From the NCBI GenBank assembly GCA_022813865.1, contig JALDZX010000008.1, positions 248,001-312,000 on the forward strand: a stretch of DNA of 64,000 nucleotides, in the 5' to 3' direction. The notes beneath the pieces were generated by a model. It was not told the origin of the DNA. It made no database searches and saw nothing but the letters and a program-made list of their open reading frames with translations. The stretch comes from Xylographa opegraphella (taxonomy: Eukaryota). The translations under genes and the position numbers were made by a program. Shown here one piece after another: positions 24,433 through 36,556 of the stretch (its first letter is position 1; each line of letters opens with the position of its first letter).

Positions 24433-25110
24433 GCTCTTGATCTGGGGTTTCTTCGGGAAATTCGACCTTGCGAAGTCGAAGATGACAGCCAGCCACGTAA
24501 TGCGAAGATAACTAATTCCATTGCGAGCCCGAGTGACGCCGGAGTGTTATTAATACTAAGCTCGTGATGGTGAGTGCGCCGGATTATGAGGTACGATTTT
24601 TATGTTTTCTGGCGTTCGAAAAGCATCCGTGCGACCGACCGAGGTTGAGCAGCCTCGGGCCGAGGATATTCCACCTTGTATAGCGCAGCCCGATGGTGCA
24701 GAAACCAAACAACTCAAATTCAAATACCGAGATAGGCTCCCATTTCACAAAGGGTCAGCAGTGGCACGTCGCTTTGCCAGTCAATACAAACGTACAATCA
24801 CGGTGGATCCTAGACTCCGCGTGGCGTCTGAGGTCGTATAACGCATTCCCTAAACAAATCTTTCAATACATCATTCAATGGACTAAATCTGGGGTTTTTA
24901 TTTCGACAGCAATTGTCCGTACACAGCTATATGTACTGAACACTAAAGAAAACCCTTCATGAGATTATTTCTATTTTCCTTTCCACAAGCTAAGAAACCT
25001 TCATTATAGCCATTCTGACAATGACAGCCACATATCGGGATTGTTATATACTACAGCCATAGCAAAAAGAATCTGTCATATTTGGATATGACCTTATCAA
25101 TACTCGCATT

Positions 25111-26885
25111 TCAAAACACATGGCACATATGGAGCCTGCCACAAAATGTTAGAAATAATGCATTGAATTACTCCGAATATGGAAGTATACCAGTCCTCGA
25201 TATCCTCCTTACGCTCCAGAATCTCGGCAGCCAAGATCGCTTGTGGAATCCTCATTGAGCTGCCGATGAATTTGAGACGATTCACAATCCATAGACGAAG
25301 TGAATCCGGAGAGTCTGGCAGCCCTCCCGCTATGAATAGAGGCCAGAGAAGGAGATACCCCCCAGCGGCCCCGATAGGGGGAGCCTGCCCATCGAACTCA
25401 CCGGACTGCGTCGCTTTAGATAACAGCCAAGAATATGCGGGTGACCTCCATTCCAAGGACTTGACAAAAAATGGCGCCGGACATTGAGTAATCTGAGGTA
25501 CACTGGCGCATATTTCAGATGACATCTGCGAAATAGTGGATTCAGAGAGCTGTAAGAGTGCGATATAATCCGATGAGAATTGCCCAATCGGTGCGGAGGA
25601 TATACGCTGTAGAATCTGTCCACTGATGATGCGGCCAAGAAAAATACGAGCCATGCGGAGAGAATTCCACATCTGCGATATTCGGTGGTTTCCATATAAG
25701 TGATAGTGTCCCTTATAGACCAGTACGGGCTCCGTGTCCATGTATATGGTTTTCATACTCCCATGTGGATGGTAAAGTGGTTGTCCAGTCGATCATATCA
25801 CTATCAATTTTCATAGCGGCGGCGATGAAGGCGCCGACATCAGAAAGACTGCCATCTTTAATTGATGCACGGAGACCAGCGAATCGGACTGTTACGTCCG
25901 AAAATCGCCACGCTGGGCTGCTTCCAACTATGTTCTTAAAAGCATAACTGCGAAGGTCAGTTATTTCTGCGGGCACATAGATTTCGCGTTGTATGCAGCT
26001 CACGATGATGTTATCGGTCATTTGTTTGAACATTTAAAGACCGAGGGATGACCTCAACTGCTGGCGGCCGCGAAGAGTGACGAGCACCGTGGCACCTTTG
26101 ATGTGGTCAGTCCAGGATGTCAAAGGCTTCTGTGTTGTGGATGTAATCGTCTCATACAAGCTGAGTAGCATAACTGCAAGGAGGGCGCTATCTTTTGTTG
26201 CTTCAGTTGACGATCGTAGAGCTGTGTTTGTCAATTGAAGAGCATATACATACTGCCTCCTGGCTTGCTTGAACACATGTTGAGATTGGTACTCATTCGC
26301 GAAGCTGGCAAGGCCTACAGCATAGATGATTGCTGAGAGATGCTCATCCATGCATGACTGACTGAACAGCGAGGGCAGATATTCGAAATGGCTGCCAAGG
26401 ACATTAGATGAGAGGAAGAAACACACCGCCTGTGCTTCGATTGACTGCATCACGCTTCGTGGAAGCTCTACTGGCCTTATGTCAAGCTGATCTTTGCTCA
26501 TTCTGAGCATACCGGATCTCTCCAAGCTTGAGGTTAGGAAATCTCGCGGTGATTGTCGTCCTCCATCTGAAACAGCTAGCGCTCTTTTTCGCTTCGATGG
26601 TTCCCACGAATCTGCTTTGGTAATTACTGCTTCAGTCTGGTCGCGGAAGCTTCCTTCCAGAGGAGACCGATAGCCGCGGCACTGCTCTTTCCTCCTTATA
26701 CACTGGGTACAACCTGGCCTTAATTGATCGCACTGTCATTGATTTAGCGGCTAACGCGAGAAAACACAAGACACGCAAGCCAATAGATTTCTCATCTCAA
26801 CATGTGGAGCGGATTTGTTTTGCACCTTTGTCCTTAGCTCTCTACAGCTCTTACACGCTTTTGATGGCTTCCCACAATACACCAT
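25111..26885 (-). pseudogene. Zn(II)2Cys6 transcription factor gene disrupted by a nonsense codon and a frameshift
   Basis: MVYCGKPSKACKSCRELRTK|CDQLRPGCTQCIRRKEQCRGY is an intact C6 cluster (intron 26825-26733). There is an in-frame TAA at 26036-26034 (SLGL*MFKQ) and a frameshift near the A-run at 25753-25750 (WEYE/TIYMDTE). The last intron is 25190-25136 and the frame ends DWLHMCHVF*. Confidence 0.8.
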
Positions 26886-27626
26886 GCCGCCAAGACAGCG
26901 GTAATAATCTAGTTGTGACGATGGGAAAGGTGCTCGAGCCAAGGAGTCGGATACATGCACTTAGACAATGCTTGACAGACAATAATAGTGGGACGAGCTT
27001 GATAAGGTGTACAGCGTATCAGAAGCCTTTATGGCGGTCGTTCTTCTGGTAACTTCCCAGCTTTAAGCTTGGCAACACGTCCAAAAATATTTGACAATGA
27101 TTTCAACAGTGGTGAATCGGCGGTGTGAAGACGAGGATATCCAGAGCAAGTTGCTAGGCCTATCCTGGATCTTACACGATTCCGTCCACTAACCATGCTG
27201 CATTCCTCATAAGTTTGCGGGGTACGAGCTGCTGTCACGCCATGTCGATTTCCTTTTGTTGTCCATAGCCCAAGTATTCGGAGTTTCAGGTGGTAAACCC
27301 GTAACCCTAAACAAACGGAGGACCTCTCCGCCGTTAGACTGGAAGATACCCTGCGCAGAGGTAAAAGTAAACACGAACACGGATAGCGAAGATTTAACGC
27401 GGAAACTACCTACGTATGCCGTATAATGTACCCATGCTTACAGAGTAACGCTTCAAGTACAATAACAACTCTGTCAAGTATGTATGCAACACATGTATTC
27501 ATTTCTATGCTCGTGGGCTAGAGCTTGTGGCCTCTAGTCAATGTCTTCACTCACATTGTACATGTTCGATCCTGAAGTCATACATGAGCTTTGTGCTTGA
27601 TTTCTGCTGTTGTGAATGGGCACAGT

Positions 27627-28789
27627 ATGCAGGAGCATGATGTCGTGGGCGCAATGCGCAGATTCTGGCAGGTAGATTGATGGTCTTGGCTGAAATGTTA
27701 TCTCTTGCTGACTGTGAATATAGCGTTCGTACGCCGCGGACTATGTTGGCTTTATACTGCTCCTGGTAGCATATGTATTGGTTGGTCCAGTTTTCCACAA
27801 TGCCTTCATGGTACAGTGCCTAACCACTCTATACGAGCAGTCAAAATTCCTCCTTGAACCATTCCACCGCATGTTTTCTTTGGACAACCAAGCTATCCAA
27901 TTCCCTCATGCCGAAATCGAGCGGGTACCAGTCAGTGAGCACCCTCCAATCCTAAATGAGCAATCCTTCAAACATAGTTATACTCATACGAACTCAAGGT
28001 TGGATGTTTGGATATGCCGGTGGTGTTCCACTCCTGATTCTGGTTGCCTGGGCATTTTTTATACGACCAGTAGGACACAAGATACACGTTACCATATTGG
28101 GATTATTCATTAGCCTCATCCTGACATCGTTTCTCACCGATGTGGTCAAGAATTCTGTCGGAAGACCAAGACCAGATCTAATTGCCCGATGCAAGCCAGC
28201 CAAGGGCACTTCCGAGCATTTGTTAGTCACCATCGAAGTCTGCACGGAGACCAATCAGCATATTCTTCAGGATGGGTGGAGGAGTTTTCCAAGTGGCCAC
28301 AGCAGTTTTGCTTTTAGCGGGCTTGGATATCTGGCGCTGTATGTATTGTCACTAATTACATTACGTGACTCAACTAATCTCCGAAGGTTCCTTGCGGGGC
28401 AAATGCACGTCTTCCGTCCTAGAACAGATCTAGCCCGTGTTCTGTTGGCACTTGCACCTTTAATAGGCGCTGCACTTATAGCAATATCACGCTGCGAAGA
28501 TTATCGACATGACGTTTACGATGTAACAATTGGATCTCTGCTTGGTCTTCTTGTGGCACATTCTACCTATCGAAGGTACTATCCCGCACTTGACTCGCCG
28601 CGCTGTGATACGCCTTTTCCGTCGCGGGTCGATGTATCGACGAATGGCTTCAGCAAGTTCAAGGATGAAGAGGAGAGGCTGCAAAGTGCCGGTGCATTTA
28701 GTCTCGGTGAATTGGAAGAGGATGGGGAGAATTTACCGTTGCGTGAAACAAGCAGAGATAGAATCGAAAGGAGGACTAGTCCCGGATAA
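27627..28789 (+). CDS. PAP2-family lipid phosphate phosphatase (diacylglycerol pyrophosphate phosphatase Dpp1-like); start codon uncertain
   Basis: The spliced frame reads RRFWQ|RSYAADYVG..|..EPFHRMFSLDN..FPHAEIERVP. PAP2 motifs KNSVGRPRP, SFPSGHSS and SRCEDYRHDVYD are present. One intron is 28339-28386. Confidence 0.88.
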
Positions 28790-28987
28790 ATCACAAGGAA
28801 CAGTCTGTAATATAATTTTATGTCTTGGAGGACATCTTTAGGTTTATGATGAATCTATATACTTGAATGTTTATTTCAGCATCAGCACATGGATCCAATC
28901 TGAACACAATCTACATCGCATTTATGTTGGAGCCTCAATATCCGGGTATTGATATTAGCGTTGGCTTGGCAAAAGGCCTGTCATGGC

Positions 28988-29067
28988 GATAAGAAAAACG
29001 ATAAGTGCGACCGATTTGTAGGGTTAATAAGATGGCTGAGGGGGCTTAAGCGTGCAATCATGAGTCA
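28988..29067 (+). promoter_or_regulatory. Candidate GATA sites plus a perfect Gcn4/CpcA element upstream of the MFS gene
   Basis: GATAAG at 28988 and 29000, and ATGAGTCA at 29060-29067, about 80 bp before the ATG at 29146. Confidence 0.5.
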
Positions 29068-29145
29068 ACCCTTACCATCAAGACCTTCCTGTGCACTGGG
29101 TAGTTGTGTTGTTCCGTTTCCCTTTGTGTAAGATCTGTGTCGATT

Positions 29146-30822
29146 ATGCCGCCTGAACAATCCTCAGACGATGCTCGACCCGAGGAGGAGCGGCCTCTTC
29201 TCAGCAATGGCAAAGGGCCAGATAATGGGACTATCTCTTCCGACACCGAGCAAAGTGCTGGGAGTCAGGATTCAGAGGCTACCGATGTGCCAATCGTAGA
29301 GGAGCCGAGCACAGGGCAGCTCGTCCGCGTCATGAGTAGCATCTGGTTTGGCAGCTTTCTCGCAGCATTGGACTCAACCCTGGTAGCTACGCTCTCCGGC
29401 CCTATCTCCTCTTCCTTCAATTCGCTCTCCCTACTGTCTTGGCTTGCGTCCGGCTACTTTGTTGCGAATGCGGCTCTGCAACCGCTCAGTGGTAAACTGA
29501 CGGATATCTATGGCCGCAGAGCGGGCTTGGTGTTCTCCAACATCTTCTTCGCAGCGGGGAACTTGATCTGTGGGTTGGCAACGGAAGAGTGGGTTATTAT
29601 ACTGGGCCGAGTTGTCGCGGGTATGGGTGGAGGTGGCTTGAATGCTATCTCTACTTTCGTGGGTTCGGACCTCGTGCCATTGAGGCGGCGTGGGGTTTGG
29701 CAAGGGATTGGAAACATATTCTTTGGCCTCGGGGCTGGGCTGGGAGGAGTATTCGGGGGTTGGATCAATGATACATATGGTTGGCGATGGGCATTCTTGG
29801 TGCAAGTACCCTTGACCGTCCTCTCAGGAACACTGGTTTTCTTGACTGTCAAGATTCCGGTCAAAGAAACCGGCAAGGCGAAATGGAAGCGGATCGACTG
29901 GCTGGGCGCCTTCACATTGATTGCTACTCTGGTCCTCTTGCTTCTTGGCTTGAACACCGGTGGTAATGTGGTTCCATGGACGCACCCTCTCGTGCTCACC
30001 ACTCTCCCTTTATCCATTGTCTCCCTGCTTATATTCATCTATGTGGAGAGCAACTACGCTGAAGAGCCCGTGATTCCAGTGCGCCTTCTACTCAACCGTA
30101 CCGTTCTCTCCGCGTGTCTCACGAATTGGTTCCTCACGATGGCTACCTTTGGCATCCTCTTCTACGGCCCTATCTACTTCCAAGTCCGCGGCTTCTCCGC
30201 GACTCAAGCCGGCGCGCGTCTCATCCCTCAATCTGTTGGCGTAGGTCTTGGATCTGTAGGGAGCGGGATCATAATGCGCTGGCTAGGCAGATACTACGCA
30301 CTCAACATTGGTATTCAGACCATCTTCCTCCTAGGCATGTCCTTGATCTCGACGTTTACGCTGGACACGCCGACCTGGCTCCCTATCGTCTCCTTCCTCT
30401 GTACCGGTATCGGCTACAGCGGCATGTTGACGGTGACGCTCATCGCGCTCATCTCTGCGGTAGACCACGCTCACCAGGCCGTCATGACGTCCGCTTCTTA
30501 CGCGTTCCGCAGCACGGGCAGTACCATCGGGATCACAATCGCATCGTCCGTCTTCCAGAACGTCATCAAATCAGAACTGTGGTTGCGGTTCGGAGACCGC
30601 AAGGACGCGGCGACCATTATCCCACGTGTCCGTGACAGCCTTGACGAGATCAAGCGGCTGCCAGAAAGCTGGAAGGCCGATGTCATGGAAGTGTACATGG
30701 ATGCTCTGCGCGCCGTTTTCTTGACGCTACTGGGCCTGGGTGTTCTGGGGGCTCTGGTAAGTCTCGGAATGAGAGAGCATAAGCTATATAAGAATATTGC
30801 GCGGCGGCCGTCGTCGGGATAG
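29146..30822 (+). CDS. 14-TM MFS transporter (DHA2 family, Vba/Fnx1-like vacuolar transporter)
   Basis: Intronless. It has the N-terminal acidic dileucine motif EEERPLL, plus FLAALDSTLVAT, GKLTDIYGRR, GRVVAGMGGGG, SDLVPLRRRG and WRWAFLVQVP. Confidence 0.88.
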   Translation: MPPEQSSDDARPEEERPLLSNGKGPDNGTISSDTEQSAGSQDSEATDVPIVEEPSTGQLVRVMSSIWFGSFLAALDSTLVATLSGPISSSFNSLSLLSWLASGYFVANAALQPLSGKLTDIYGRRAGLVFSNIFFAAGNLICGLATEEWVIILGRVVAGMGGGGLNAISTFVGSDLVPLRRRGVWQGIGNIFFGLGAGLGGVFGGWINDTYGWRWAFLVQVPLTVLSGTLVFLTVKIPVKETGKAKWKRIDWLGAFTLIATLVLLLLGLNTGGNVVPWTHPLVLTTLPLSIVSLLIFIYVESNYAEEPVIPVRLLLNRTVLSACLTNWFLTMATFGILFYGPIYFQVRGFSATQAGARLIPQSVGVGLGSVGSGIIMRWLGRYYALNIGIQTIFLLGMSLISTFTLDTPTWLPIVSFLCTGIGYSGMLTVTLIALISAVDHAHQAVMTSASYAFRSTGSTIGITIASSVFQNVIKSELWLRFGDRKDAATIIPRVRDSLDEIKRLPESWKADVMEVYMDALRAVFLTLLGLGVLGALVSLGMREHKLYKNIARRPSSG

Positions 30823-31972
30823 ACGATGTAGCGAAGTTTAGGTGTGGCGATATATCCGGATATTAGGAACACCGTTTTGGTTCAGATTGGGGAGTTCATC
30901 AGGCTGGATACTGTGGTGTCGGCTGATGGATTCGGGGGCTTTGTGGTGGTGCTCATGATGGTGTCGTGTCGGTGAATTGTCAGTTCCTGGCTGATGAATG
31001 GAAAGGGGATGGGGGGTCGTAAGCGGCTATAAGATTGTAGAAGGGGGGCGGTAGGGGGAGTGGCTGCCGTTGTGAGCGTTGATGGGAGAGTAGTGTTGAG
31101 AACTGAGGGTAGCTTCTTGAGTGCTATGTTGTGTATATATCGTTCGATTAAAGATTTATCACCAATGGTAGTTTCGTAACGATCTTCCGTGCAACGTTCT
31201 CGTGTACATGAAGTTATTGGTCTGTTTTCTCTTGAGCACTGGCGTTGGCTCAGAGCCATGATTAGAATTGGCGTGAATGTCTGTACTTGGTGCCTACCTT
31301 AGTCCCTGACCTGCTCGAAATCGCCACCATACGGTACCCAAGGAAGTGCATTATTCTTCATTCACTCAATTGTCTTTCGGAACCCATATTGTTGATCTAA
31401 TCTGATATTCGACAAATCAATAAAGTTGACCACCGTTACTGTTATTCTGCTAAGCAAGCCTGCATGCTTACCACATTATTAGTCAACCGGTGATGGATCT
31501 AAAGTGGGTATCGAGTGGAAGCGACTGAGAAGTTGTTCTGAAATTTAAGCGTAATCAATGCTCGGAGGCCTTAGCCTATCAATATCTCACCCGCAATATG
31601 CCACATCCATGGCTGTGCTAGTGCCTCGTGGTATCAATACCGTGCCTAGCTCTCGAGCTACGTACTTCGTATTCGACGAGTATTTGCCGCCACAATCCCG
31701 ACGGCGTGGTTTCCCCAGCTCGGCAATCCTCTCAAGGCGGGGTTGTCGGTGTGGGGTTGCGGCTAGCGGTTGAAATGTACTCAGGGCGTGACAGTAACAA
31801 TCACCGCGTTTACCACCCCGACGCACGTGAGATTACGCAGATCGTGGCAGTCGCATCTGGCAACGGTACTGTCCCGATCCTCAATGCCGGTGCCTACTTA
31901 TTCAAGGTCCCACTGCTCCATGGCACTCCATCATGTCCCACCTTGCTCTGGATCCTTTACACTGCTCGCACA

Positions 31973-33889
31973 ATGCAGCCTAGGGCAATAGCATCGCGGC
32001 AATGGATGTGGTCACAACTCCGAACTGGAGGGGCTCGACACTATATATGTAGACCGAGGCCTCTGTGCCAGGCGTTGGGGCAAATTCAGGTCTCGTCGTT
32101 TCACAAGTCTTCCAGGGACAAAATGCCGTCCTCGCTGTCAAACCCACGAGAATACCAGGATATCTTCCACTGGGCGGAGACGCAGAAAGATGGAAGCATT
32201 CCTTCCTTTGCCGTTCGAAAGAACGATCCGTATACAGTATGGAGAGCCGAAGATGTCAACCATCTGCGACGTGGAAGCTGCTGACAGTGCTAGTATCAAC
32301 CTGGTTTCAACAATCAGTACGGTACACCTGAGTCTGCGTGCACAGGTATGACAGCTGACCACGCCGAACGAATATAGCTTTGAGTCAGAAGCCGTTCCTG
32401 GCACAATTCCTCAAGGACAGAATAGCCCAAGGAGCGTTCGATTTGGTCTCTATGCCGAGCAGATGACAGCGTCGGCATTTGTAGCTCCCAGACATCTGAA
32501 TAAGAGATCTTGGCTTTACAGAGCTCGACCAGCCGTTGCTCATCAGGGTTTCGTAAGCAGGGCCCAGTTGCTGGCTGCGTGATTGCCTGCATCCTACAAT
32601 ATGATCGCTAACTATTATTAGACAGAGCTACCGGACAACCCAGATACCGAGTCAAACTTCCTCCCCATAAATAAAAGAGTCCATGTCTCCCCTACACAAC
32701 TTGCTTGGAAACCATTTGATATTCCCGAGACTGGAAAGGTCGACTTCATTTCAGGTCTCAAAACCGTAGCCGGTTCAGGAGACCCGACTCTTCGTGAGGG
32801 TATAGCGACCCATGTATATACCGCCAACACCGACATGGAGGAGCGGGCATTTGTCAACTCTGATGGAGACTTCTTGATCGTGCCGCAACAAGGAGCGTTG
32901 GACATACAAACGGAATTCGGACCAATGTATGTGCAGCCGGGGGAAATCTTTATCGTTCAGCGAGGTCAGCGCTTCAAGGTCAAGTTACCAGACGGTCCTT
33001 CTCGCGGCTATATACTGGAGATCTGGGGAGCGAACTTTGAGCTTCCTGAGCTAGGACCCCTGGGTGCAAACGGCTTGGCTAACCCGAGAGACTTCCTGCA
33101 CCCTATGGCTAAATACGAAATCAAGACGGAGCCCTGGGAGATAATCTACAAGCTGGGTGGCAAGTTTTTCAAGAGCACTCAGCAGCATTCTCCATTCGAT
33201 GTTGTGGCGTGGCATGGCAACTATGTACCCTACAAATACGACTTGACCAAATTCGTCAACGTCGGCTCTATTTCCGTCGACCACATCGACCCGAGTATCT
33301 TTTGCGTCCTGACAGCTCGATCTCGTGACCCTGCCGCGCCACTGGCAGACTTCTTGATATTCTCTCCGAGGTGGGATGTCGCGTCTCACACGTATCGACC
33401 ACCTTACTATCACCGCAACGTAGCCTCCGAGCTCATGGGTCTCATCTACGGCGAATACGGCGGGCGTTCGGAGGAGTTCCAGCCGGGCTCGGTGTCCTTC
33501 GAATGCGGGATGGTGCCCCACGGAGTGGCGTATGAGGAGTTCAAGGCCGCGAGCGAGGCGCCTCCTCCGGAGATGCAGATCTCGAAGGGAAGCATCGCGT
33601 TCATGTTCGAGTCGTCACGGCCGTTCACAGTCACCGAGTACGCGTGGACGAGCGACAAGATGCACGAGCACGAGCCGAAGATGTGGGATAACCTTATTGG
33701 TGAGTTTTCCCTCCCTTGGATTGCCATACAATGTTTTGCGAGATCTACTTTCACGCGGCACCTACACGGCGACCGCTGACGTCTCGGGCAGACAACTTCT
33801 CCAAGCACGCCGAAGAAGTCAACGCGTTGCTCAACAAGCAGAAGAGCATCGTGGCGAACGGGCACGCGAACGGAAGTGGGAAGCCTTGA
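31973..33889 (+). CDS. Homogentisate 1,2-dioxygenase family protein (alternative start at 32123)
   Basis: Exons: first exon ending 32236, then 32294-32316, 32378-32552, 32622-33699 and 33792-33889. Motifs: [65 protein letters not shown] and DHIDPSIF, with Fe ligands in [11 protein letters not shown] and VPHG. Confidence 0.93.
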
Positions 33890-34225
33890 TGGAGTGCGAA
33901 ATCTGCCCTATAAATGTCACAGAAATTGGAAGGCGTGGTAGTTTGTCAGTTTATCGGCGCAGGGGTGCTCTGTTCCACTGTTGATAGCCATAGCACTCTC
34001 GTTCCCAAATAAAGCCAGCACATAGCAAGAAATCTCCTCCACCGTAGTAGCATCATCCCCCTCCCACAAACCCAAATAGGCCTTGCACCGCCAACAATCC
34101 AACCTACCTTACCTACCTATAAACTCTCCAGCCAAGAGGCACACCACCCCCGGCCCACACCTTCCCACTTACCGTCCTCCTCCAACGTCCCACCCAAACC
34201 CCATCCCCATCTCCACGACCCCGCA

Positions 34226-36556
34226 ATGCCCCCCTCCCTACAAAACCCCCTCCCTCTCCGCAAAGCCCTCTCCACCCTCCTCCTCCTGCACCCCACATCC
34301 AAGTTCGCCCACATGTACAGCACCAGCGCCCACAGCAGCGCCTCGCCGCCCGGAGTGCGGTATGAGCGGGACGGCGTGCGGCTGACGCAGTTCCGCGGCG
34401 TGCGCTACGCGGCGGTGGCGAGGAGGTTTGCGAGACCGCGGTTGGTGAGGGGGTGGGAGGGTGGGGATTGGAGGGAGTTTGGGTGAGTTTTTTGGGGTTT
34501 GCGGGGTGGNGGGGGGGGGGGTTGCGTGCTGGAGTGGTTTGATTGTTTGGGGGTTATGGTGGGAGGGGAGGGGAGGTGGAAAAGTGAGGGAAGGGAGGGT
34601 TTTGTGAATTTGTATATGTTCTAGTGTTTTGATGGGGGTTTGGGTGGGCTATGCTTGTTTATGGATAGGTGATGGGTGTGAACTTGACGTGTTTTTGTTA
34701 TGGAGTCTGAGAGAGCCTTTTTTTCTTTTTTGCGAAGTTGATGTGCTTTTTCTTCGGTGCGAGAGCGGTGGCACATTTGATTCTTTGCAGGCGTGTTTGA
34801 GTGCCAGTATCTGTCAAACTCCCAGCAGTGTCGGTACCGTTCGACCGGCAACAGCTTTTGTACCCGTCAATTGACCTTGTTGCCTTTCTCCTATTTTGTG
34901 TCCTCTATACAGTACCAGTTTTTTGACACCATCTAACGAGCTCAATTGCAGGCCAGTATGCCCCCAAAACCATGTTGACATCCGACGTCTGCTCCGTATC
35001 CCGAACAAGTACGAGGACGAGATCGAGAAGGAGGATGAACTCAATTGCACGAATCTGGTTGTGACGCTGCCTATCGAGGCATCAAAGGTCGGAGATGGCA
35101 AGAAACTGCCAGTCATGATCTGGATCCACGGTATGTTACACCGATAAGGGGGTATCTTGCTTGGATTAGAGCCGAGCTGACCGGAGACTGCACGTATAGG
35201 GGGCTCTCAAGTTGTGAGCTTTGGCAGTCCGGCGAGCAGATGCTGTGGTACGTGTGTCTGTGTGCTAAGAGACTCATGACTGGCAGTTGCTGAAACTCCA
35301 AGACAGATCCCTCAGTCCTCGTCGCCACGTCCGTCAAGCTCGGCAAACCAATAATCGTCGTGTCACCCAACTACCGCCTTAACATCTTCGCCTTCGGAGC
35401 TCGTACTGGCGAGCAGAACCTCGCGCTGCAGGATCAAAGGTGCGCGATAGACTGGGTAGTCGAGCATATTGAAGACTTTGGTGGTGATAAGGTCCGTCGA
35501 CTTCATTATTTTTGCCGCTATTTTCATCCGCATGAGAAGCATAAACTTCACTCATTCCGTCTATGACTTCTTGATGCTAACGAAGCCTCCTCGTAGAATA
35601 ACATCACCCTCGCCGGCTCCTCGGCCGGTGGTGTCTACGTCCACGCGCACACCGTCCTCGCTGCCCCTATCCAGCGTGCAGTCCTCATGTCCGGCTCTCT
35701 GTACCTCTCCCCACCGCAGCCATCGGAGCGCAACGAAGCGTTCCTGGCTCCTCTCGAGAAGCTCGTCCATGACGATAGTGGTACTTCCCTGGAAGAAGCA
35801 CCAGCCGAGTCCCTCCTGAAGGGATTGAAGTCTCTGAATGTGAACAGTATGTGGCTACGCGAAACGCCGGAGCTGAAAGATTGGCGAGACAAGATCGAAA
35901 ATGTGGAGGCGCTGATGGTCGGAGATGTGGAATACGAGGTCGGGTTTCGGCGTTTGCGTTCATGTGGTTCACTTGGCTGACGCCCACAGTCTATCCTCTG
36001 GCACAACGGAGTGGCTGCTCTCCCGCCCGCAGACGTCCACTCTCTCACTTCCGGTCTTCACCCTGCTCTTGCTGAGGAATATGCACTTCACCCTTCCTCC
36101 ACTTCCCCACCACATCTCTCCGCCCTCACTCTCATCTCCAATCACCTCTTCCACCATCCAACATATCGCATCGCTGCTCGCTCGCGTCCCAAGAAGCCGA
36201 CCTATCAATACCTGATTGACGAACCGAATCCGTTTTCGCCCTCTTCCCGTGCACATCATGGTGTGGATCTCATCTATCTCTTTGGTGGGTATGACCTCAG
36301 TGAATGGGAAGGAGCGGAAAATATTGGGAAAGCAATGCGACAAGCTTGGATTAAGTTTGTGTGTGGGGAAGAGCCGTGGGATCGGGAAGGATGCATGGCT
36401 TTTGGGCCGGGAGGAAAGTGCGCGATGCTGGATATAAAAGGACAAGAGTGGGATGAAAGGAGGAAGAGAAGGGCGATGGATTTGATAGAAGAGCATGAGG
36501 GTGTGTCAGGCGTGGTTGGGAGTTTGGTAAGAGGGAGGATCAGTTTGGACAACTAA
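34226..36556 (+). CDS. Type-B carboxylesterase (alpha/beta hydrolase); start codon uncertain
   Basis: Motifs: FRGVRYA..RRFARP, FG|PVCPQ (469-nt intron 34483-34951), EDELNCTNL, LPVMIWIHGG, NYRLNIFAF, LQDQRCAIDWVVEHIEDFGGD, the nucleophile elbow ITLAGSSAGG and the His in AHHGVDL. Confidence 0.88.

Noticed and set aside
27295..27311. AAACCCGTAACCCTAAA, containing the telomerase-template-like TAACCCTAA
   Set aside because: It is a single copy in a divergent promoter of about 700 bp, which leaves no room for a 1.5-2 kb fungal telomerase RNA. At most it is a telobox or Tbf1-type site.
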